Source: Mobula hypostoma (Eukaryota). Taken from it: 64,000 nt of DNA. The notes beneath the pieces are model-generated. The model was not told the DNA's origin, ran no database searches, and worked only from the letters and a program-made list of their open reading frames with translations. The translations under genes and the position numbers were made by a program. The DNA lies in assembly GCF_963921235.1 (NCBI RefSeq), contig NC_086108.1, positions 48,114,001 through 48,178,000 of the forward strand, given 5' to 3'. Positions 36,995 through 50,250 of the stretch are shown here, piece by piece (the stretch's first letter is position 1; each line of letters starts with the position of its first letter).

Positions 36995-39548
36995 TGTATT
37001 ATGACCACCTAATGGGGACCGAGAACTGAAGGAGCAAATTTGTAAGGAGCTAGCAGATATTTGTAGTAAGCACAAGGTTGTGATTGTGGGAGATTTTAAT
37101 TTTCTACACATAGACTGGGAAGCCCATTCTGTAAAAGGGCTGGATGGCTTGGAGTTTGTCAAATGTGTGCAAGATAATTTTTTGCAGCAATACATAGAGG
37201 TGCCAACTAGAGAAGGGGCAGTGTTGGATCTCCTGTTAGGGAATGAGATAGGTCAGGTGATGAAGGTTTGTGTTGGGGAGCATTTCGGGTCCAGTGATCA
37301 CAATGCCATTAGTTTCAATATAATTATGGAGAAGGAAAGGACTGGACCCAGGGTTGAGATTTTTGATTGGGGAAAGGCTAACTTTGAGGAGATGCGAAAG
37401 GATTTAGAAGGAGTGGATTGGGGCAATTTGTTTTATGGGAAGGATGTAATAGAGAAATGGAGGTCATTTAAAGGTGAAATTTTGAGGGTACAGGATCTTT
37501 ATGTTTGTGTTAGGTTGAAAGGAAAGGTTAAAAGTTTGAGAGAGCCATGGTTTTCAAGGGATATTGGAAACTTGGTTTGGAAAAAGAGAGGGATCTACAA
37601 TAAATATAGGCAGCTTGGAGTTAATGAGGTGCTTGAGGAATATAAAGAATGTAAAAAGAATCTTGAGAAAGAAATTAGAAAAGCTAAAAAAAGATACGAG
37701 GCTGCTCTGGCAAGTAAAGTGAAAATAAATCCCAAGGGTTTCTACAGTTATATTAATAACAAAAAGATAGTGAGAGATAAAATTGGTCCCTTAGAGAATC
37801 AGAGTGGATGGCTATGTGCAGAGCCAAAAGAGATGGGGGAGATTTTGAACAATTTCTTTTCTTCGGTATTCACTAAGGAGAAGGATATTGAATTGTGTAA
37901 GGTAAAGGAAACAAGAAGAGTATTTATGGAAAATATGATGATTAAAACAGAGGAAGTACTGGCGCTTTTAAGGAATATAAAAGTGGATGAGTCTCCGGGT
38001 CCGGACAAGATATTCCCTAGGACCTTGAGGGAAGTTAGTGGAAATAACAGGGGCTCTGACAGAAATATTTCAAATGTCATTAGAAATGGGGATGGTGCTG
38101 GAGGATTGGCATATTGCTGATGTGGTTCTATTGTTTAAAGAGGGTTCTAAGAGTAAATCTAGCATTTATTGGCCTGTGAGTTTGACGCCAGTGGTGGGTA
38201 AATTGATGGAAAGTATTCTTAGAGATAGTATATATAATTATCTGGATAGACAGGGTCTGATTAGGAACAGGATTTGTGCGTGGCAGGTCATGTTTGACAA
38301 ACCTTATTGAATTTTTTGAAGAGGTTACTAGGAAAGTTGACGAGGGTAAAGCAGTGGATGTTGTCTATATGGACTTCAGTAAGGCCTTTGACAAGATTCC
38401 ACATGGAAGGTTAGTTCGGAAGGTTCAATCATTAGGCATTAATATTGAAGTAGTAAAATGGATTCAGCAGTGGCTGGATGGGAGACGCCAGAGAGTAGTG
38501 GTGGATAACTGTGTGTCAGATTGGAGGACGGCGTCTAGCGGTGTGCCTCAGGGATCTGTACTGGGTCCAATGTTGTTTGTCATATATATTAATGATCTGG
38601 ATGATGGGGTGGTAAATTGGATTAGTAAGTATGCAGATGATACTAAGATAGGTGGCGTTGTGGATAATGAAGTAGGTTTTCAAAGCTTGCAGAGAGATTT
38701 AGACCACTTAGAAGAGTGGGCTGAAAGGTAGCAGATAGAGTTTAATGCTGAAAAATGTGAAGTGCTACATTTTGGTAGGACTAATCAAAATAGGACATAC
38801 ATGGTAAATGGTAGGGCATTGAAGAATGCATTAGAACAGAGGGATCTAGGAATAATGGTGCATAGTTCCCTGAAGGTGGAATCTCATGTGGATAGGGTGG
38901 TGAAGAAAGCTTTTGGTATGCTGACCTTTACCAATCAGAGCATTGAGTATAGGAGTTGGGATGTAATGTTGAAATGGTACAAGGCATTGGTGAGGCCAAA
39001 TTTGGAGTATTGTGTACAGTTCTGGTCACCGAATTATAGGAAAGATGTCAATAAAATTGAGAGAGTACAGAGGAGATTTACTAAAATGTTGCCTGGGTTT
39101 CATCTCCTAAGTTACAGAGAAAGGTTGAACAAGTTAGGTCTTTATTCTTTGGAGCATAGAAGGTTGAGGGGGGAATTGATAGAGGTATTTAAAATTATGA
39201 GGGGGTTAGAGAGAGTTGATATGGATAGGCTTTTTCCATTGAGAGTAGGGGAGATTCAAATAAGAGGGCATGAGTTGAGAGTTAAAGGGCAAAAGTTTAA
39301 GGGTAACATGAGGGGGAACTTTTTTACTCAGAGAGTGGTAGCTGTTTGGAACGAGCTTCCAGCAGAAGCAGTTGAGGCAGGTTCGATGTTGTCATTTAAA
39401 GTTAAATTGGATAGCTATATGGACAGGAAAGGAATGGAGGGTTATGGGCTGAGTGCAGGTCGGTGGGACTAGGATAGGGTAAGAGTTCGGCACGGACTAG
39501 AAGGGCTGAGGTGGCCTGTTTCCATGCTGTAATTGTTATATATGGTTA
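36995..39548 (+). mobile_element. CR1 LINE, young-looking, 5'-truncated ORF2 (partial APE endonuclease plus RT) and 3' UTR
   Basis: IVGDFN, LDLLL, GSSDHNAI (EN); YMDFSKAFDK, SGVPQGSVLGP, YADDTK (RT); long frames 37080-38120, 38276-38731 and 38762-39472 broken by few lesions. Confidence 0.95.
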
Positions 39549-40699
39549 AAATCAAATGAGTTCAAATGTAAGCTTAACACCAAAGGTGAATGGCATTCTA
39601 TTTTATCTCTTGTTAATGCTAAACGCAACACAGTGAACACAGATTAGGAAAATGATGAAATGTTATAAACCTGCAGATCACTCACTGTAATGTGTGCTAC
39701 AGTATGGATCAGCCCACACCGAAGAACATGCCAACATGGTTTGATTCTCCTTGGCTGCACTGAAAAACTGGTTACTGTGAAACATTTTCAGCTTCAAACA
39801 GTGCTGTGTGCGGCTACCTCCTTGTAATAACCGTTAACAGTCTGGACAATTAGATACAGTAGAGCTAACATTACTGGCAACTGTCCATTACACCATCAAG
39901 GAAATACCAAATATGGTTCACAGATGTATATCAGCTTGTAAATCTACTGCGAGCCATGGATTGCCACAAAGGTAAATCGGCATTGATTGAAAATCAGTCC
40001 AATTACTGCTAAAATAACGTCATATTCTATGTGAACTTTATTATAGTTTGAAATTACTGATTTCATTAACTTTTAGCAGATATATAGTTGCAACAAGTTG
40101 GTTTCTATTAAATCAGCTGCATAATTTGTCCCAAGTCATATCAGGAAGATTGTTCTGGATGTCACAGATTATAGGTCATACTTTGAAAGTACTTGCCTTG
40201 AACATGTTTTACGACATAACCACACATGAAATCGCGGCTTTTGTAATAATTGAGAGGAATTTATTAAAAGCTTTACCTTCCCTCTGTATATAGAAACTGA
40301 AAGTCTAATACTAAGTATTGTAGATTCTTAAGAAACAATTTGCTTGATTAACCCTATAGCATTTGTTGTCAAAGGAATAGTAGAACAAGTAATGATAAAT
40401 TCAAGGTTTTCAGAAGGCTTTGTAAGGTACCCTACAATAGACTAACACATCATGTCAGAGCACATGGAATCAGGAGACACGGTGGTGAAATGTATTGCAA
40501 GCTAGCTTCAGAACAGAAAGCAGAATAGAATAAAGGCTAGCTTTTCACAGTGAAGCAGAGTGAGTGGTGATGCTTTGCAAGAATTATTGTCATTCACTAT
40601 TTACATTAATGATTTAGAATTTGAGCTGCAGAGTCAGTGGCTGCAACTGGAGATGAAGTTCATGATTCCACAATCTCTAAGACTGCACAAAAATAGAAT

Positions 40700-41700
40700 T
40701 TATGGAAGAGTGGCAGGGAAGAAGCCCTGGCTAAAATAAAAAGCAATGCTTGCCCGTAAGACTTTGCAAAGAGTCAGTTAGAAGATACTGTAAAGATGTG
40801 GAAGAATGTCTTGGAGTCAGATACAACTAAAGTGGAACTTTTTGGCTTCAACACTGAGATGTGTGTGAGGTATAAATCTAATACTGTACATCAGCCAGAT
40901 AACACCATCCCTACTATAAAGCAGAGTGGAGGTAGCATCATGCTATGGTGATGCTTTTCAGCAGCAGGGACTGGAAAGCTGGTCAGGATTGATGGGAAGA
41001 TGAACGCTGCTAAATACAGAGAGATCCTGAATAAAAACCTGTTAACCCCTGCCAGAAAGTTTAAACTGGGGAGGAAGTTTGTCTTTCAGCAGGACAATGA
41101 CCCAAAGCACACTGCCAGAGCAACTATGGAGTGGCTTCAAATGAAGAAAATTGATGTCCTTGAGTGGCCCAGTCAGTGTCCTGACCTTAACCCGATCAAA
41201 CATCTTTATACTTTATACTTTTTTGTCGCCAAACAATTGATTCTAGAACATACAATCATCACAGCGATATTTGATTCTGTGCTTCGCAGAATATATATAT
41301 TTAATGCAGATTCTTGATTGGTCAGGGCATGAAGGGATGCTGGGAGAAGGTAGGACTTTGAGGCTGAGAGGAAAATTGGATCAGCCATGATGAAATGGTG
41401 GAGCAGATGCATTGGGCTAAATGGCCTAATTCTGCTCCGTTATCTTATGGTCTTACCTTTGGCAGGACCTCAAGATTGCTGTCCATCACTGCTCCTCAAC
41501 TAGCCTGGTTCAGCTTGTGCAATTTTTCAAAGAGGAATAGGCAAATCCTGTTACATCAAGTTGTGCAAAGCTAATAGAGACTTATCCAAAACTACTGCAG
41601 GCTATAAAAGCTGCAAGAGCTGGTTCAACTAAGTACTGAGCAAAGGGGGATGAATACTTTTGACATTCCAGTTTTTGTATTTTTAGTTGTTCATGCTTTA
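40700..41700 (+). mobile_element. Tc1 transposase remnant (DD34E family), interrupted at 41205-41455
   Basis: [47 protein letters not shown], resuming WQDLKIAVH after the insert; catalytic E appears as K. Confidence 0.88.
41205..41455. mobile_element. Composite insert: minus-strand LINE tail plus plus-strand CR1 3' UTR
   Basis: ctttatactttatac...(reverse tail) to ~41287, then gattcttgattggtcaggg...tcttatggtctta matching 29162-29315. Confidence 0.65.
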
Positions 41701-42579
41701 CAATTTTCCCTTTTTTTGGGCATGTGTGTCAAGGAGCCATTGGGTCTTATCCGGCGTGTCTGGAGTGAGCCATGTCTCCATGGAACACAGAATGCAGCAT
41801 TTCCTCATTTCCCTCCAATACAACAATCTTCAGTCTGCAGTCTTGTTCTCCAGTGACTGTACATTTGCTAACAAACTGCTGGATAGAGAGAGTTTCACTC
41901 CACAGCGATCCGGTCTGGCTTGGAGTCCTACCCTCCTCCCTCTCTCACAGCCATGGTGATGTACCTTCATCCACTTAAAGGTGCCTTACCTGTGTTCTTG
42001 AGAGTTCAGTCCTCCAGAAGATCGTGAAATTGCTAGGTCATTAAGATGGTTCAAAAGTACATTGCTTAAAGGGTAATTATAGGCTGCAGATTGGAGTAAG
42101 AGTAATTCAAAAGTATTTTGAGAGGTGTTGTCAACAGCCCACAACATGTTGCTGTGGTTTACCAGTGCCACATTGATTTCTTTTGAGTTGAAACAGACTA
42201 TTCACCTTCCATATCCGTACTCTCTGAAACAAACTTGGCAACTTGTTTGGCAGGATCTCGGATCTTTTTACTTTTTTTACCCTTTTTTAAATCTGTTAAC
42301 TCCTTTAGACCTACAACATTCCAAGATCATGCTTTGCTTCACTCCAGATCCCAGTATAAATTCCCCAAACTCAGCGTTACTTTATTCCTTTTGGATGACT
42401 AGATATTAATCTCTGGAATTCCACCTTTATATCGCTCACCCTGCTTTCCCTAACTACTTCATTGATACTGAAATTTGGTTCCATCGAGAACGTTGGGTAG
42501 TTCTTAAGTATTGCCAATTCATTAAGTCCTTTATATTGTCATAGCTGGGATGGGGAGGGGGGAAGTACTAGCATAGATA

Positions 42580-43110
42580 AACTCTGACTGCTTATTAAAT
42601 GCTCCCAAAGGCAGGTGCCTCAATTAACCTCTGACGACCAGGTCCAGATCCTGGCCTTCATGTGTGGTTTAGCTATTAAACCTGGCAGAACCGTATACTG
42701 ATAGGAGAAGGGCAAAGGTCGGTGACTGACACCTTAAAACCAGCTGCTTTAGGCAGATGAGGCTCGTCTGCCATGGCTGGTAGCTCATACAGGAAAAGAA
42801 AAATTCTGATCTCAAGACTTCCACTGCCTTGTGCTATGCCCACTCATGGGGATGGCTTTGGGAGAAAACTCTGAGGAACAATCCAAAGCTGTAGTAACTA
42901 AGGCTGTCCTACATTGAGTTCAATGCTGACTGGCAACTCCCGCAATGCCACTGGTGCCAAATGGTATCGGTTTGCCATTCCTTTGCATTTCTCAGCTGTG
43001 TGGAGAGTAGGAGCCTGCTGAACAGTCAACAGCTTGTTCTCTATATTGTACAACCCTGGCTTGCATATCAAACTTAGAAAGCTAGGAACACCCTTGACCA
43101 ATGGAGGGCC
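42580..43110 (+). mobile_element. Unclassified interspersed repeat, possibly an RTE 5' UTR derivative
   Basis: Hairpin ggcagatgaggctcgtctgcc followed by caggaaaagaaaaattctgatctcaagac; family call tentative. Confidence 0.35.
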
Positions 43111-43121
43111 TAATTCATTAA

Positions 43122-43350
43122 CATGAGATTCTGCAGATGCTGGAAATTTACAGCAACACAGAAAATGCTGGAGGAACTCAGCAAATCAGTCAGCATCTGA
43201 GGAAATGAATGAGCAATCAATGTTTTGGGCTGAGTTGCTTCTTCAGCACTGGAAAGGAAGTGGCAAGATGCCAGATTGAAAAGGTGGTTGGAGGGGCAGG
43301 GCGACTAGCTGAAAGTGATAGGTGGGCAAGGTAAAGGGCTGGAGAAGAAG
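43122..43350 (-). mobile_element. Penelope pLTR fragment
   Basis: ttctgcagatgctggaaat ... aaatgctggaggaactcagc homologous to 8343-8420. Confidence 0.75.
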
Positions 43351-44639
43351 TCCTAATTCATTATTTCAGGCACAGTGGTATTTTCAAGATCTCATCAAAA
43401 ATTAAGGCAGGGGAACCTTAAAGCAATATAATGTGTATGTTTTTTTGCTCTCTTGGTGACTGGTCCATCCCACCATCAGTAATTTTAAAATTTGCTTTAA
43501 CTTGTGTATTACATATTCCTATGATATAACAGCTTACCAATTATGTAGCATTCTCTGGAATGACACATTTCAAAGTGTGCTTTTTTGTAATGCTGACAAT
43601 GGCTCATTAATTATGAAGAGGGTTTGGTATTCTCATATTTTCTGTTTGGTGGGATTTTATGTATTTATTTATTAAGATACAGTGTGGAATAGACCCTTCC
43701 AGCCCTTGATCTCTTATCTTATTAATTTATGTCTTCAAGCTGTAACCTGAGACTATTAAAGTGGAATGTAAAATTTATTTCCTTACTTGGAACCATTCCA
43801 ATTCTAAGCTCTTTCTGTGGAAAAAGTTCTACCTGTGTTCCCCCCACCCCAAACTCCTTGATGTACATGTTGATGTTGAGTCTCTATGGATGGAGGGATT
43901 TGAATGGTTTGGTAGGTACAGCATTGGAATATTAGTTTCTCATTGCTGACATTCCCATGTAAATACTGTCTGTGGCTTTAATAAGCTTGTTATAATTGGG
44001 TGCTATAAATCTGCACAGGGTAACATAGCTGTGTTCCACCTTTGATCTGCACTCATTTAATATGACCTCTTGGCTCCTTGCTCTTTGCTTGTATTTGTGA
44101 AATCATGCAAAAAATGACATCTCTGCCAATGTGGCAGAAATATTTTGACCTAGAGAGTTAGCTTAGTGATCTGAAGCCAATGATATATTTCCACAGCAAC
44201 AGCACTTAAATAAATTTAATAAAATAAATCTGGAACTACAAGGTCATTATGGTAGCAGTGAAAGTACTAAATTTTGATTTTTAAAAAAATCACGATTTAG
44301 GCAGGCAATCTGTCATTTTTATCCAGTCTGTCCTCCATATGATTTCATAATCATCCTTTCAAATAGCCTGTGAGGCATTCCATTTTATCAATCAGTTAAA
44401 AGTAAGATTGATGCAGACTGGGCTAAGCATTAACCCAGGCACTAGAAGTCTAATAGCCTCCAGTTGTCCAGCTGACCTCCACAATGACCTCACACTGTTT
44501 GGCATCTGTGAGATTGCAGGTGTCTTGCATACCAGTGAATGAACAACTGACTCCTAGAAACATTTCAGCTAAGTATATTCACTATATTTTCTATTGACAA
44601 TGTAAGCTCATCAAGTCTGCACCAGCTCACAATGCAGTC

Positions 44640-44800
44640 CTATTCCCCCAGTAATTTCCCCACCTCCTGCCAGATACCACCATCAACCTATACATGTGGG
44701 TTGCAGTTAAGTTACCAACCGGCATGTCTTTGGAATTTGGGAGGAAACAGATACCCAGAGGGAATCCATATATTTACGAGGAGACTTTTGTTACTGGAAA
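44640..44800 (-). mobile_element. Degenerate V-SINE/HE1-like fragment
   Basis: gcatgtctttggaatttgggaggaaacagatacccagagggaatcca resembles the reverse of the V-SINE core as recalled. Confidence 0.5.
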
Positions 44801-44809
44801 GATACTGGC

Positions 44810-45888
44810 ACAGATAGTGGAATGGCTGACAGGCAGGAGGCAGTGAACAACGGAGACCTTTTCTGGTTGGCTGCCGGTGACTAGTGGTGTTCCTCAGGGG
44901 TCAGTATTGTGACCATTACTTTTCACATTGTTTGTCAATGATTTGGGTAATGGAATTGATGGCTTTGTGACAAAGTTTGTGGGTGATACAAAGATAGGTG
45001 TGGAGAGGTAGGTAGTGCTGAGGAAGCAATGTAATTGCAGCAACACTTAGGTCAATTGGAAGAATGGGCAAAAAAGTGGCAGATGGAAGACAGGGTTGGG
45101 AAATGTATGATAATGCATTTTAGTAAAAAGAACAATAGTGCAGACTGTTGTCTAAATGGAGAGAATGTTCAAACATCAGAGGTGCAGAGTGTCTTAAGAG
45201 TCTTCTTGCAAGACTTCCAGAAGGTAAATTTACATTTTGAGTCTGTGATAAAGGAAACAAATGCAATGTTGGCTTTTATTTCAAGGAGAATAGAATATAA
45301 AAGGAAGGAGATAATTCTGAGCCACTAGTCAGGCTGCATTTTGAGTATTGTCAACAGTTTTGGGCCCCATTCCTCAGAAAGGATGTGTTGTCATTGGAGA
45401 GGGTCCAGCAAAGGTTCACGAGGATGAATCCGGGAGTGAAGGGATTAACATATGAGGAGCATTTGGCAGCTTTGGGCCTGTACTCACTGAAGTTTAGAAG
45501 AATGTGGGGGATCTCATTGAAACCTACTGAATGTTGAAAGGACTAGACAGAGTAAATGTGGAGAGGATGTTTCCTATGGTAGGGGTATCCAGAACGAGAG
45601 GACACAGCCTCAAAATTGAAGGGTGATCTTTTGGAACAGAGGGAAGGAGGAATTTTTTTTAGCCAGAGAGTGGGAATGCTGTGCCACAGACTGCGGTGGA
45701 GGCCAAGTCTGTGCATATATTTAAAGTGGAAGTTGATCGTTTCTTAATCGGTCAGGGCATCAAAGGATATGATGAGAAGGCAGGTGTAGAGGGTTGAGTG
45801 GGATCCGTGATCAGCCATGATATAATGGTGGAGCAGACTGGATGGGCTGAATGGTTGAATTCTGTTGCTATGTCTTATGGTCTTATGG
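44810..45888 (+). mobile_element. CR1 LINE 3' part
   Basis: SGVPQGSV, LEEWAKKWQM, AMLAFISRRIEYK; tail gtcttatggtcttatgg. Confidence 0.9.
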
Positions 45889-46099
45889 ACGCCAAACTTC
45901 GCGGGCAGCACTAGAGTTCACAATTGAACACAGATCACTGCAGTTTGACTACATATGCAACTGTGAATTCTCATGATATTTGCTTCCGCACACCCAGAGA
46001 AATAGTGCTGGTAGAGGGTCAGGAGGGAGGACGTCTAGAATCCTTGGCATTGGGCAAGTGATTAAATTTTATTTACCACATTTGACCTGATACCATGGG

Positions 46100-49000
46100 T
46101 AATTATAATCTTCCCGGCCTTTGGTGATGAATTGGTAAGTGCAACCTGCTGTAGGCCCATGTTGGGGAACTGGAGTTGTTATTGCATGACCTTTGCATCA
46201 TTTAGGAGGGTGAGGAGTAGATAGACAGGAGTCGCGTAGAGCCAGTAACACCCAAGTTACAGGAGACAAGTAGCTGGGTGACTGTCAGGAGAGGGAAGGA
46301 GAATAGGCAGTCAGTGTAGACCACCCATTTGGCTGTTTCCTTCAATAACAGGAACATTATTTTAGATAGTGTGTATGGTGGGGGTTAATGACATATCAGT
46401 GAAAAGCCCAAGTGGGCAGATCCTGGGTATTGAGTCTGGCTCTTTGGCACAAAAGAAAAGGAGTGAGAAGAGGTGGACAATAATGATAGGGGATTCATTG
46501 GCTAAGGGAGCAGGCAGGAGGTTCTGTGGATGAGAATGAGACTCTTGGATAGTATGTAGCCTCTCAGGTGCCAGGGTCAGGGATGTCTTGGATCGAGTCT
46601 ATCGCATTCTTAAGGGGGAGGGTGAGTAGCAAGAGGTTATGGTACACATTAGCACCAGGGACATCGGCAGGAGAAGTAATGAGAAGTTAAAAGACAGGGC
46701 CTCCAGGGAGGTGATCTCAGGATTATGACGTGCCACATGCTAATAAGACAAGAAATAGGAAGATAATGCGATCTAACACCTGGCTAAGCACATGGTGCAG
46801 GAGGGAGAGCTTCAGGTTTTTGGACCATTGGGCTCTCTTCCAGGATAGGTGGGATCTGTACAAATGGGATGGTTTGCACCTGAACTGGAAGGGACCAATA
46901 TCCTTGCAGACAGGTTTGCTATTGCTGCTTAGGGGGTTTTAAACTAGAGTTGTTGGGGGGGGCGGGAGGGGGAACTGGAGTGGCAAGACAATAAATGGAG
47001 TGGCTGTGGTGAAAGTAGATGTTAAGATAATTAGCAAAAATAGAAACAAAAAGATTGAGCATGGTGGTATTAATATCTTGAGGTGCATCTATTTCAGTGC
47101 AAGGAGTACTGTAGGTTAGACAGATGAACTTAGAACATGGATCCGTACACAGAATTATGATATTGAAGTTATTACTGTCATTTGGTTCAGGACTGAGCCA
47201 GGGCTGGCAGCAAAATGTTCTGGCGTTCTGCTATTTCAGACATGATAGAGGTGGAGATATTAAAGGGAAAATGTCACAGCAATGCTCAGAGAGGATATAC
47301 TGAAGGGCTTATACACTGAGGTAATATGGGTGGAACTGAGGAACGAAAAAGGGACGGCAATATTGTCATCGTACCTTTCCATGCTCTGTGGTGCATGAGG
47401 CAGCAACCTTGCAGTTTCTTTCGCATTTGTCTGCTTTTACCAGGCCGAGTTGCTCGCTCGATGCTCAGCCCAGCACAGATGGAAAGTGTGCAAGGAGCCG
47501 TCCGGATTTGAGGTCGGGACCACTTGCCCCTGAGTCCAGTGCGGATGCCATTTCACCACCTGCCAGCTTGATGACAGTGTTAATGGGACGGTATTATAGG
47601 CTCCCAATGGTATGTGAGATTTAGAGGAGCAAGTTTGTAGAGAGGTAGCAGACAGTTGCAGGAAATATAAAGCTGTGGTAGTAGGTGATTTTAACTTCCC
47701 CTTATTAACTGGGACTCCCATACTGTAAAAGGACTGGTTGGGAACGAGGTTGTCAAATGTGTTCAGGAACGTTTCCTTAATCAATATATAGGTGGCCCAG
47801 CAAGCGAGAATGCGATATTTGATCTACTCTTACAGATACAGATAATGATACAGGATAGGTGACAGAAAGTAGTGTATGGGAACATTTTGGATCCATTGAT
47901 TATAATTCCATTACTTTCAAGATGATTATGGAGAAAAATAGGAATGATCCTCAGGTTAAGATTATAAATTGGAGAAAGGCCATTTTTGATAGCATCAGAA
48001 ATGATCTGGCAGGCGTGAATTAGGATAGGTTATTTTCCAGCAAATGGATGCTTGGAAAGTGGATGGCTGGCCTTCAAAAGTGAATGTTGAGAGTACAGAA
48101 TTTGTATGTTTCTGTTAGAATAAAAGACAAGGCCAACAGGTTTATGGAACTTTGGTTATCGAGGCATATTGAGGTCCTATATAAAAAAAAGGAGGTGCAT
48201 CTCAGCGGTAGGCAGTTAGGATAAAATGAGGCACTTGAGTGTAAGAAATGCCAGGGAACACTGAAGAGAGAAATCAGGAGGACATGAGGTTGCCCTGATA
48301 GACAAGGTGAAAGAATTCCAAAAGCTTCTGTGGATATATTAAGGAGCAAAGGATAGCTAGGGACAAAATTGGTCCTTTTTAAGATCAGCGTGGTCATCTA
48401 TGAAGGAGCTGAAAGAGGTAGAGAGATGTTAAATGATGTTTTTTTACTTGGAAGACAGACACAGTGTCTATAGAATTGAGAAAAAGGGAGTGGTGTGGTC
48501 TGGACCATCTCCAGATTACAGAAGAGGATGTACTCATTGTCTTGAGGCTAATTAGGGTGGATAAATCCCCAAGATCAACAAACGGTCCCTTTGGACCTTG
48601 TGGGAGGCTAATGCAGAAATTGTAGTAGCCCTGACAGAGGTATTTAAAGCATGGTTCACCATGGATGAGGTGCTGGAGAACTGGAGGTGAGCAAGTAACC
48701 TTGTTCAAGAAAGTTTGTAAGAATAGGCCAGCAAATTATAAACTGGTGCACATGATGTCAAGAGTGAGTTATAGGGCCTGATTATTAATAGTCACCATGG
48801 TCTTGTGCTTGGCAGGTCATGTCTAAGCAAACTTTTCAAGAAAGTTACCAGGAAAGTTGATGAAGGGAAGGCAGTGGACATTGTCTACAGGGTCTTGACC
48901 AAGTCCTTTCACAAGGACCTGCTTGGAAGGCTGCTCCAGAAGGTTAAGTTACATGGCATTTGTGATGAAGTAGTAAATTGGATTCAACACTGGCTGAGCA

Positions 49001-49740
49001 GGAGAAGCCAGAGAGTGGTAGTAGGTGGTTGTCTCTCTGATTGGAGGCCAATAGCCAGTGGTGTGTCACAGGGATTGGTGTTGGGTCTATTGCTGTTTAT
49101 CATCTATATTAATGATTTAGATAAGAATGTGGTAAACTATATCAGCAAATATGTGGATAACTCCAAGATGCGGGGCGGCGGGGGGGGGGGGGAGGTGCAT
49201 AGTGGACAGTGAAGAAGGCTATCTAAGGTTACTGCAGGATGTGGACCAGCTGGAAATGGACTGAAAAATGGTAGGTGGAACGTAATGCTGACAAGAATGA
49301 GGAGTGGCAGTTTGGGAGGACACAGCAGGGTAAAACCTACACAGTGAGTGGTAGGGCATGGAAGTTTGTGGTAGAACAAAGGGACCTCAGAATATAGATG
49401 CATAATTCCTTGAACGTGGCATCACAGATAGATAGGTTTGTAAAGAAAGTTTTTGGCATATTGGCCTTCTTAAATCAGGGCATTGAGTTTAATATGTTTT
49501 GTTGAAGTTGTATAAGATGTTGGTGAGGCAAAACAAAGAGAATTGTGTGTAGCTCTGGTCACCTACCCACAGGAAAGATATCAATAAGAGTGCAGAGCAA
49601 ATTTACATAGATGTTGTTGTAACCTGAGAACTTGATTTGTGGGGATAGGTTGAATAGGTTTGGACTTTTATTTCCTGGAACACAGGAGAATGAGGGGAGA
49701 TCTTGTCAAAGTATCCAAAATTATGAGGGATCTAGATAAA
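46100..49740 (+). mobile_element. Long decayed CR1 LINE with ORF1 SGNH esterase, EN and RT remnants
   Basis: IGDSL..G..RRFCG; WCRRESFRFLDHW..DLYKWDGLHLNWKG (ORF1); VVGDFNFP (EN); SGVSQGLVLG (RT). Confidence 0.85.
47366..47570 (-). mobile_element. tRNA-derived SINE inserted in the CR1 EN region
   Basis: Minus strand GCTGGCAGG TGGTGAAATGG (A box) ... GACCTCAAATCC (B-box-like); flanks acggcaatattg / atgacagtgtta differ only by transitions (aged TSD). Confidence 0.65.
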
Positions 49741-50250
49741 AACATGAGAAAATCCACAGATGCTGGAAATCCAAGCAACATGCACAAAATGCTGGAGGAA
49801 CTCAGCAAGTCAGGCATCGGCTATGGAAAAAAGTAAACAGTCGATGTTTCAGGCTGAGACCCTTCATCAGGACTGGAAATAAAAGATGAGGTCAGAGCAA
49901 GAAGGGAGGGGAGGAGGAAATAGAAGGTGATAAGTGATGGGTGAAACCAGGAAGGAGGGGTGAAGTAAAGAGCTGGCAAGTTGATTAGTGAAAGAGATAA
50001 AGGGCTGGAGGAGGGGAAATCTGATAGGAGAGGGTAGAAGGCCATGGAAGAAGAGAAAGAACACCAGAAGTAGGCGATCAGCAGGTAAGGAGATGAGGTG
50101 AAAGAGGGAAACAGGAATGGAGCAATGGTGAAGGAGGGAGGTTGTAATTACCAGAAGTTCAAGAAATCGATATTCGTGCCATCAGGTTGGAGGTTACCAA
50201 GAGGACATCTCATTAGCTCTGGAATGAAAAGCCTCATCCTGACAGCAGGT
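49740..50250 (-). mobile_element. Penelope pLTR plus internally deleted ORF end
   Basis: Collinear with 8340-8810, then jumps to gacatctc...gaatgaaaagcctcatcctga (cf. 9495-9532). Confidence 0.8.
49838..49875 (-). ncRNA. Minimal hammerhead ribozyme motif in pLTR, core intact
   Basis: Minus strand cagtc CTGATGA agggtctcagcct GAAAC ATC gactg; AUC triplet. Confidence 0.6.

Noticed and set aside
47500..47567. tRNA gene
   Set aside because: A and B boxes are present but degenerate, no convincing cloverleaf, and it is embedded in a SINE-like unit.
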